Shown: positions 1 to 9,718 of the stretch, piece after piece
Numbering within the stretch: position 1 is the first letter of the stretch
Layout of the letters: every line of letters starts with the position of its first letter
Assembly: GCA_009103225.1 (NCBI GenBank)
Contig: RHPI01000260.1
Location: forward strand, 851,614-862,146
DNA length: 10,533 bases
Direction: 5' to 3'
From: Chlorokybus atmophyticus
Taxonomy: Eukaryota > Plantae > Mesostigma and Chlorokybus algae
The notes under the pieces: generated by a model
Databases searched by the model: none
What the model was told of the DNA's origin: nothing
The model's input: only the letters and a program-made list of their open reading frames with translations
Program-made: the position numbers and the translations under genes

Positions 1-171
1 GGGGGGCAGTGCTGTGATTGCTAATTTTGCAGCACCAACAGCAGTCACATCACTCTTGTCGCTGCAACAACAGCAAGAACAACAACAACCGCACATACGC
101 AACTGACTATCAGTCCCAGGAGGGTCAATCAAAAGAGTTCAAGGAGAGGGTGGGCGCATATGTAGATGGGT

Positions 172-191
172 TTACACATTATGGGTTTACA
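172..191 (-). promoter_or_regulatory. Candidate TGTAA polyadenylation signals of the ATPase gene
   Basis: TTACA on plus at 172-176 and 187-191 reads TGTAA on minus, about 220-235 nt past the stop at 409. UGUAA is the established main poly(A) signal in Chlamydomonas-type algae. A 5-mer also occurs by chance. Confidence 0.35.
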
Positions 192-408
192 CAACACACA
201 CAACGTCAATGGTTCTACGTATGTCACTGCACAGTACACAACACAGCAAAGCACACAAAAACATCACAACAAGCTCGCTTCAATCAGACCTCACCCCTTG
301 GACGCTGGGAGGAGATGCCTTTCAGCCAAGGCCGCTGTAAAGCGGCCTAAAATAAGAACCAAAAGCTACAGACAACATCACATGGATACTGTCAGTAGGA
401 TGCGCCAC

Positions 409-2824
409 TCAACTGGACGCGTTGTCGGCTGGTGGGGCCTGTCAGAATGCATGACAGCAAAACAGATAGCATTAGCAATAGGTTCTCATGACATGTAGCA
501 GACTTTAAGAGTGAACGCAAATTCATAGGGGCAAAGCTATGAACACGTGCAACATGTTGACATCGCACTCCTCTGTGACTACCATCATCTTCTTGGTTGT
601 AACGGCCCGACATCACAACATTGATACATTGAGATTACGTTGAAATTACATATGTAACCTAGTGGCATGTAACGGCATTATGACACATGCAACATGCTGA
701 GCAGGAGCACACCACCTCACCGGAGCACGTTGACGCCATACAGCGAGGTGCGCAGAATTCGGTGCAGTTACCACCATGGCCGTGCCGTTTCCAGGGCTGA
801 AAGCTTCTGCGTCTACATCCCGTGCCCACTTGGGCGAACACCGAATGCCCAACAAGTTAGCTGCGATTAACGCATTAAACGCTGATGGTTTGATTTTTTG
901 TTGTAGTACTTCCACGTCCACAGCAAGATACTTTGAGGCGAGTATGGTATTGACGGCTGTCCGAAAATCCTCCCCTTCAAATCCCACATTGCCCAAGGGG
1001 TTAAACCCGCGGTTCACATTCGATTTGATGCTCCGAAGGACATGCGATACAGCTGCACGACAACATTCATCAAAACCCAGGAAGCCTGTCATAACCTCTC
1101 AGTCTCAAGGTATTGCAATCAACTGAAATGCATCCAGCGACATTGCAGCCGCACATACGTCAGATTCACAAGCAAACCACTCAACACTCCTGATGTTCAT
1201 CACCGAAAAACCGCACCTTCCTGCCACGAACCAAACCGCACATAACTGGTAGCGGCGTTTTCCAAGACACCTGCATTTCCACCACATGTCTGTAGGCAGA
1301 CACCACTGTCAGCCAACCGAGTTGCATCAATATGAGGGCAATGCAACACACGCACAATGTGCAATGTGTACCCACGCGGTAGATAAAGCTCCAGTCGGCG
1401 TCACCTGGAGGAATTGACTCGAGCACTTGCAATCGGCTCAAGAGGAATCCTCGCGCCTCTCCTTCTGTAAACTCACCAATCGCATAGGCTTGGTAAAACT
1501 CCCCACCTACATCTGCACACACACCAAACATGCACTTCAACGGTGCTGTCACGCATTGCTCTTGACAACATATCTAGGCCTGGTCCACTTGCAAACACAA
1601 GCTTAATTATTGCCAAACAGCACACAGGGCACATGTAGTACTGTCATGACACAGCCTGCCACCATGCACGCACAGCTTGCAACGACTCACTCACTTTGAT
1701 CCACCCAGTTGATGAAGGCAGAATCTGAGGTGGCGAGTAGCACGTGGGCTCGTTGATCCTGCTTCGTATTGCTTACGAGAAAAGCCAACAGCGTTTTGAG
1801 GTCCTCTGGGTATTTGCCGGACCAATCCATGATGACATTGGCTTCATCAATGACTAGCACAGGGGTGCCCGTTGCTTTCAGCATGCCTTCCTCCCGTGCC
1901 TTCTCCCATGCCTCCAGCAGAGCATCGTACGCATCTAAGACCGACTGCAGGGAGGTGGGCTCTACCGGCTTGCCCCAAAAATAGTCAGCAAGTGCGTTGG
2001 TGGTGAATGAATACAATCCCAGCTCTGAAGTGACTGATGCCCTTTCAAGTAGCCTCCGCAGCAGCCCAGGAAACCTTGTGCGCAACGCTTTAATGATGGC
2101 GTTCCGTGGCAGAAGATCACCAAACGTGGGCAAAGGAAGTCTGCTCAAAGAGGCCGCCATGTCCTGAGGCGTGCGCATTGGCGTCTTTCTACAATCAATG
2201 TAGCTGCGGGTGCCTTCCAAACCCCTTCGCTTCACAAATGCCTTCAAGACCTTGGTTTTGCCACAATTGCGCGGACCGAGGATAACGGAGATGCCTTGTG
2301 GAAGCCCGCTGCACAGTTTTTCCAACTCGTCCAACTCATATTCGCGGTCAAACAGATTTCCTGCTTCGCTGGCTCCTGCGAGAATGATGTACGGTTCACC
2401 TCAACTGTCCATTGCACTGCATGTGACACCTAGCTAACTTGTCTACTATGCAAACACCACGCAGCAGGTCATCAAGCAAGGCAGGCAGGAGACCGAGAGA
2501 CAGAGCGAGACTGCAAGCATGCGCACCAGAGGAGGTCTGGGAATTGGCTCTGCCGGCGTTGCCGCCGGGTGCAGCAGACGCTCTAACACCAACGGTAGAA
2601 CGCGGAGTAGCGGCCTGGCGCGGGTGCTTCAACTCTGGTCGTCCTTGCCATCGTTGATGCGAAAAGCGCGAGGAGGCAGGAGCAATGGAAGCCATGCCGC
2701 CCCGGACACAGCAAGCACGGTGGTCTCCCACCCCTCCGCCTGCTTGCGGACTGAATCTGGCACTGCCTAGAGGTGGCCTGTTGCCGAAAACTGCTGCGGG
2801 CAGCATCGCACACGCAGACGCCAT
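409..2824 (-). CDS. Six-exon P-loop ATPase, archaeal-ATPase (ATPase_2/AAA_16)-like STAND-type NTPase, 539 aa
   Basis: Exons on minus strand: 2824-2458, 2375-1695, 1512-1376, 1289-1217, 1052-721, 438-409 (1620 nt). All five introns are GT-AG (82, 182, 86, 164, 282 nt) with compatible phases. Motifs: Walker A VILGPRNCGKT, Walker B PVLVIDEAN, HVLLATSD, GEFTEGEARGFL, YRTCGGNAG. The last intron and terminal exon APPADNASS* are supported by the paralog at 8518-8902 (TAPPADNASM*). The start codon and exon 1 (low-complexity, targeting-peptide-like, hydrophobic LALSLGLLPALL) are the least certain part. Confidence 0.8.
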
Positions 2825-2883
2825 GATCGCTCAATTGCTTATAAGACGAGCGTAAGATGAACACGGGCTCTGTGGCAAACACT

Positions 2884-4790
<1,907 letters not shown>

Positions 4791-5168
4791 TATGAGGTGC
4801 TTTCTTGTGATGGGAACGTGCGAAGGCCTTTGATGCGATATGCCATGCTTAATCAACGGCATGTGTCACAGAACATTCAAACGCATGACAGCTGAGTGTT
4901 TGCTTCTCCCTCCCAACCCAAGACGTGAAGGGTTCCAAGTTCTAAGGCGCAAGGTCAGGAAGACAACTGGATTGCTCATGTGGTATTTTGTCTACAGCGT
5001 GCTGCAGTCTGACCGGAACCGGTGCTGTTGCACAGGTGTTGCAGCTGATGCACACAACCCACACCATTTGCAACTGAGCCAGCAGCATTGGTGCCTGTTG
5101 CAAAGGTACTGACTTGTAGATTGCAGATTTCATCCTACACGTTCGTCCGGCTACACAGCAGATTGTAA

Positions 5169-6187
5169 CCTTACAACTATGTTGCATGTGGAAAGGGTGA
5201 AAACGTGGGCGGGTGTGTTTACATTGAGTGCTACGAATACCTCCTGGTAAGGGAGACAGACAGAGAAAGGCCCCCCATCTCTCCTTGTTGTGCTTATGCC
5301 ATACATCCACATACTCCCACACGCAGTCCCAAGGCGCTGACCCCAACCTTAGAACGAAGGACTACGACCCTCGCATCCACCCTGGCGAGAACCTCCCCTG
5401 GCAGCTTCAGTGGAACCCACTCGTCCAGTCCAACCTTAAGTCCCTTGACGCCAAGCACGCCGCCACGGTAAAGTATAGGGAGCCCCACGAGGGCATCGGC
5501 GATTGGTGGGCACTCCACGACTACGGCCTGGACACTCGCAAGGCCTGCGACAAGGACTACAAGCATCCCTATCCGGAGCTGGAGCTGAGACTCAAGGAGG
5601 AGGAGGAGGAGGAGCTCTCAGCCTGAAGGGGAAGGAGGTGGATGAAAGTGATGGCAACAGTAAAGGGAACCATACGGCGTTACTATCCAGCCCAGTCGTG
5701 TTTCCCATTCCGGGGCAGGGGTTCCAAGCAATTGGCATGCTCAAGGTGTGCAAGGGAGATGGCGGGGGTTGCTCAAACGATGCGTATGCGTGTGCACACA
5801 TACATGCGCGCATGTATGTGTGCAGCTACAGTTGAGTGTGCGCGCGTGCACGCCTGTGTGTTGGCTTCTCTTCAAGCAGGAAGCTCACATAGTGTGTTGT
5901 TTAAAGAAAGTGTTCAGGAGAGTTTGAGGCTCCCTGTGGTAAATGCCATGCTGGCCAAGGAGGCCAAGGGAGGTTCTGGGCTACAACATCAAGAAGCTGC
6001 TTGCAGACGGCCTTGTCAACCAGCTTAATGGCACCAAGTACGCGCAGTCCGCGCTGCTCTTCGCTGCCCTCGCCGCTGCCGAGCAAGTCAGGACATGTTC
6101 GAGGTGGGTCTCGGCCAGCAGATCAAGGCCATGGTCAAGCGCATGGACCAGCCCGTGTGGGAGGGCCTCACCAACACCTCCAATTGA
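5169..6187 (+). pseudogene. fabD: Ankyrin-repeat + malonyl-CoA:ACP transacylase (FabD/MCAT) fusion pseudogene with internal deletion
   Basis: Exons ...5246 | 5327-5745 | 5918-6187, with GT-AG introns of 80 and 172 nt, both phase 0. The spliced ECYEYLL|SQGADPNLRTKD matches an ankyrin repeat end. PVVFPIPGQGFQAIGMLK (5692-5745) matches the FabD N-terminal FLFPGQGSQxxGM motif. EVLGYNIKKLL...TKYAQSALLFAALAAAEQ matches the FabD TxxAQPAL helix. DMFEVGLGQQIKAMVKRMDQ matches the FabD C-terminal ExGPG motif. Frameshifts lie near 5620, 5970 and 6088, and there is no GxSxG catalytic motif. Confidence 0.75.
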
Positions 6188-6344
6188 GTGTCTGATGTGT
6201 CACAGCCAACAACTTGCTCACATCAAGCTACCAACACTGCAATCGGAGTGTGCATAGTTGTGAGCTTGTGGACAGCCCTGTCATTACGATTACTGTTCAA
6301 CGCACGCACGCACGTAAACATGCGTTTCCGAGCTTGTCCTACAG

Positions 6345-6857
6345 CCCAGGCGAGCGGCGTACTTCAAGAGCGAGCACACTGAGGCGTTGATGATTGTGGA
6401 GGCAGAGCATGTTGGAGCAAGCGGTGTGCTGCGTGGTTCGTGGGCTAGTGCAATGGGCCAACCGCAGTTGATGTTCACCTTCCTCGTTCCGCACTTGTGC
6501 AGTTGACCATGATGGCGATTTTGCGCCAACATATGGGATGCTCATGCAGACGTCGTCGCCTCCATCGCCAGCTACCTTGCATGCAATGACTGGCAGGCTG
6601 GCCAGCCTTATGCACAGCAAGTCACGGTGCCACGCGGCTTGTATTCTGCGCTGGTTGGCCTCAAGGTTGACCGAACCATTGATGAGTGGTGGGACTTGGG
6701 CCTGCGATCTGCAATTGTGGATGAAGAACTGCCAGTGTCCTCGTTGAAGGCTTCAGTGGTAGCACCTGATGGTCCGAATGAGCCTGCGATCTGCAATTCT
6801 TCCACCTATAATGCTGCTTCTGTCGGGCAACTTGCGCGAGCCATTGCTCGCGGCTAG
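6345..6857 (+). pseudogene. 3' exons of an unidentified gene, probably frameshifted
   Basis: CCTACAG|6345-6423 (PRRAAYFKSEHTEALMIVEAEHVGAS), a 79-nt GT-AG intron, then a phase-compatible exon from 6503. The GC3-rich, protein-like frame (CANIWDAHADVVASIASYLACNDW...GLYSALVGLKVDRTIDEWWDLGL...LARAIARG*, stop 6855-6857) needs a 1-nt shift near the T-run at about 6520. Confidence 0.35.
6700..6798 (+). repeat. 17-bp perfect direct repeat GCCTGCGATCTGCAATT flanking 65 bp
   Basis: Copies at 6700-6716 and 6782-6798, read directly from the sequence. Confidence 0.9.
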
Positions 6858-7179
6858 AGCTGTATCTTAGCGTTATCATGTAGCATACGAGCTACCAGTG
6901 TCGTAGGGTAATGCATAGGGGCCCGGAATGTAAGCAGACACAGCACAGAATCTCATGTAGTCTGTTCAATATAGGGACAGCACTTTAAAGCCATGTGTAA
7001 ATCAATTGCTATGCTACTTGCTGCATCATTGCTACATTGTATGATCAAAGTCGGGTGAGATGCAGGCAAGGACGGGAGTGGGAATGTGTGAAGGCAAGTG
7101 TGGGTGTTGTGTCGTGTGTAACCGTTGTTGGTATGCACTCGTTGGAGACGCCAGCACATATGACCTGATGTAGCAAGCA

Positions 7180-7310
7180 TGCTGCAGGACGCGCACTCGT
7201 ACAGGCACGCCTGCACATACAGACGTACACACACATGCACAAGCATGCATTTCCGCCTCCACATGCACACCTGCGCATGTACGCTTGCCCACACGCATGC
7301 ACGCACTTGG
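7180..7310. repeat. CA/CGCA-rich low-complexity tract (intron-like)
   Basis: Degenerate alternating purine-pyrimidine runs (GCACAC, CATGCA, ACACAC), similar to the intron at 5746-5917. Confidence 0.55.
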
Positions 7311-7402
7311 AATCATACAGTAGTTGTGCTCACTGCGTTTTATGAAGTATTAACAACCTGACTGTTTGATCGTGTCATGTAACAGTATAGTTAATGAAGC
7401 TC

Positions 7403-7491
7403 GTCTAGTGGGAGTCCACTCTCAAGACGCTCATTCAAGCCGGCAAGAAAACATGTTGGAGGCGGGCCAGCGGATCAAGGCCATGGTTAAG
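7403..7491 (+). pseudogene. fabD: Isolated second fragment of the FabD/MCAT C-terminus
   Basis: Reads V*WESTLKTLIQAGK[frameshift]NMLEAGQRIKAMVK. DNA 7451-7491 aligns with 6093-6139 (ACATGTTsGAGGyG------GGCCAGCrGATCAAGGCCATGGTyAAG). VQW is the conserved FabD 'SPVQW/PVRW' segment. Confidence 0.65.
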
Positions 7492-8400
7492 TGTACAAAA
7501 GGTGTGTGCTATCGTTTTGCCTATACTATCACATGCATAGGTGTGCCAGTCGCATGCATCGTGTATACATGCCAAATGCTGCACACCTCACACACACGCA
7601 CCTTTAACACAACCGGGCTAGGCCACGCTCACACTGCCTACATCTACCTACTCTACCACTACAACCAACCCACCTGTTGGTCATGCATGCATGCAATCGG
7701 TAGTATGAACCAGAGGGCTACAGGGCCTTTATTTTGAGGGGGGGGTGTTAAAAACCAACATCATCAGTTGAGTGCGATGTGTGAATAATAACGCCAATAA
7801 CTGACATCAAGTCAATGGTCTAACACGATTACCATGTTACTGCTCCTCGTCATGTGTTGATCGGATATGCATTCAGTGTGCATGGACGTGGCCTTTTGGT
7901 CAGCCCTGTCATCAGGCGCAGTGTAGCATACACACACAAGGCGCCAAGTCTACAAGCCAAGGGACATGATCGGATGCATCTACGCCCGTTTTATGGAAGT
8001 GACTACACACAAAGATGTGACCGAACAATGACATCAATGTGGCTATGTGTGCACACCACTTATATGCATGGCGATATGACGTTTGGTGTGTATGGTGTGT
8101 GCTCGGACATTCTTCATATTTTCGCTGCACAGACACACATGCGGATGTAAACCGGAATCAACTTTGCATTGAAGCAAATCCCCGTGCTGGCGCATGTAGA
8201 CTTGTTGTCACCCGTCTACACACCTTACACTACTATATACAAAAGTACATGGGTATACACAACACAGAATGTCACTAAGTCTACGTATCACTAGACGGAC
8301 ATCTACGTATCACTACAGAGTGCACACAAGACCAAAACACACGCAAACATTACAGCAAGCACTTCCTTCGACTAGACCTCACCCCTTTGAAACTACTTCA

Positions 8401-8446
8401 GAGTTGCCAACCAAGGCTGCTTCACAGCAGCCTTGGTTGGCAACTC
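8401..8446. other. Perfect 21-bp inverted repeat with a 4-nt loop
   Basis: GAGTTGCCAACCAAGGCTGCT-TCAC-AGCAGCCTTGGTTGGCAACTC. Confidence 0.95.
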
Positions 8447-8517
8447 CTAAGCAGCTTGCGATAGGAACCGAAACCTACAAACGACGTCCGTGTGATGATG
8501 TCAGTAGCTTACGCTAT

Positions 8518-8902
8518 TCACATTGAGGCGTTGTCAGCTGGTGGTGCCGTCTGTCAAAACACATGACACCAAAGCAGATAGCATTAACTCTAGCCTTGAT
8601 TGGAACGCCACAACTTTACAACAATGTTGCATTGAAAGAACATATGTCAGCTGATGGCACGTCATAGCAGAATGACATAAGCAATGACACATGCAACACG
8701 CTGAACGTGATGACGTGAACAGGAGGTGCACAACACTCACCAAAGCACTTTCATGCCATATAGTGAGGTGCGCGGAAGTCGGTGCAGTTACCACCATCGC
8801 CTCGCCATTGTCGGGGTCGAAAGCAAGTTCGTCGATATCACGTGCCCATTCGGAAGAGCACCGAATGCCCAACATATAAGCTGCAATCAGCGCATCAAAC
8901 AC
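8518..8902 (-). pseudogene. 5'-truncated paralog of the ATPase gene (part of the penultimate exon plus terminal exon)
   Basis: Exon 8902-8741 (54 codons, VFDALIAAYMLGIRCSSEWARDIDELAFDPDNGEAMVVTAPTSAHLTIWHESAL) shares 35/54 identical residues with 882-721, with no indels or stops. Intron 8740-8551 (GTGAGT...GACAG) is at the same position and phase. Terminal exon 8550-8518 is TAPPADNASM*. Homology ends at about 8903-8910. Confidence 0.85.
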
Positions 8903-8932
8903 CGGTAATTCTGGACCCCCCGAATTCCTGAA

Positions 8933-9560
8933 AATTCAGCGCATTTGCCCTGAATACTCATCTGTTTTATGTGTGAACTCGCCACTTGCGTGGCTGCAGA
9001 GGTCGCTGTTACGATTGCTGATTATTCAGGCCAAATGCCCTGAATACAAGCAATGGATATTCACACGTTTTGGTCATGAATAATTGTAGTTGTCCATCTC
9101 GCACACAACCTCCTACATGTGAGTAGTTATTCACTCGCGACAGAACTGCATATTCAGTCTTCTTAGGTATACATGGTCCTAGACTTGTACCATGGCACCA
9201 AGTGATTATTCATACTTTGTGTGCATGAATATTTACAGCGCCTGCTCTCACACTATGTCCTCCTTATAGGTAATTATTCACACGCATATTGGCTTAATGT
9301 TCACACATACTAAAGCTGTTTCAACAGCACATGTACCACACTGGCGAGTGATTATTCATACGATTTGTGATTGAATAATACAGCATATCTGCTCTCACGC
9401 AGTCCTATATATGAGTGGTTATTCACCCATAGTATGGTTGAACAATTACTGCTGCCTTTGGTCGATTTTTCACGCGAATGATAATTGAATCATACAGCAC
9501 TTCTGCTCACACACATAGTCCTACATATAAGTGGTTATTCACTCACATTTTGGTTGAATA
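8933..9560. repeat. Subterminal array of paired inverted TATTCA-N12/13-TGAATA motifs within a degenerate about 146-bp higher-order repeat
   Basis: Exact N13 pairs at 9058/9077, 9207/9226, 9353/9372 and 9536/9555. One-mismatch-per-arm N13 pairs at 9420/9439 and 9467/9486. N12 pairs at 9023/9041 and 8933/8951. Unpaired TATTCA at 9128, 9151 and 9275. AGTGATTATTCATAC occurs at both 9201 and 9347. Confidence 0.9.
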
Positions 9561-9585
9561 ATCACTGCATCTTGCTATCGTCAAC

Positions 9586-9616
9586 AGCTGTGACATAGCA
9601 TAGCTGTGACATAGCA
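9586..9616. repeat. 16-bp-period tandem duplication AGCTGTGACATAGCA x2
   Basis: Copies at 9586-9600 and 9602-9616, followed by a partial CATAGCA. Confidence 0.9.
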
Positions 9617-9718
9617 CATAGCAATCAGTCCAGCCGGTGAATTTGGACAACAATGTCAGCTGAATGGCAGCTGACTCGAACAACAAATTCACTGATGTCT
9701 ACAATGTATCTCTGCTAC

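Larger units (their letters stand above)
8190..8905. repeat. Diverged direct duplication of about 155-885 (ATPase 3' exons, last intron, 3' UTR)
   Basis: Collinear anchor matches: GGTGCAGTTACCACCAT, CACCGAATGCCCAACA, ATGACACATGCAACA, CAGATAGCATTA, TGTCAGTAG, AGACCTCACCCCTT, ATGGGTwTACACAACACA. The left boundary is fuzzy (8190-8250). Confidence 0.88.

Noticed and set aside
33-105. Possible terminal exon of a convergent plus-strand gene (TTTTGCAG|...APTAVTSLLSLQQQQEQQQPHIRN*)
   Set aside because: The acceptor is plausible but the segment is short and low-complexity (CAA/CAG-rich), and the rest lies outside the window. It cannot be supported.
646-720. C-terminal tail of ORF 646-1092 (and of ORF 8534-8902 below 8741) as coding sequence
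   Set aside because: Both paralogs have a GTGAG donor at the same codon and share a downstream terminal exon, and the read-through tails are not conserved. This is intron sequence.
2838-2845. TATAAG as the TATA box of the ATPase gene
   Set aside because: It lies only 13 nt from the modelled ATG, too close unless a downstream ATG is the real start. It cannot be resolved without TSS data.
6835-6857. Helitron 3' end: CGCGAGC-CATT-GCTCGCG hairpin followed by CTAG
   Set aside because: The hairpin is only 1 nt from CTAG (about 10 nt expected), the next base is A rather than T, and the TAG is also the ORF stop. It is too weak to call, but worth rechecking if the capture hypothesis holds.
6953-7361. 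Minus-strand Cys/Val/His-rich ORFs (6953-7306, 7032-7316, 7045-7302) and plus ORF 7179-7361
   Set aside because: Their composition is explained by CA/TG low-complexity DNA, all frames are open by chance, and no motif is recognisable.
7740-8190. G8 run followed by about 450 bp of unexplained sequence, as a possible small element
   Set aside because: No TIR, TSD, poly(A) tail or credible coding segment could be found by eye.
8933-9560. Repeat array as a CRISPR array
   Set aside because: There is no constant 25-45-bp repeat, only 6-bp arms. No cas genes are present and the context is eukaryotic and intron-containing.
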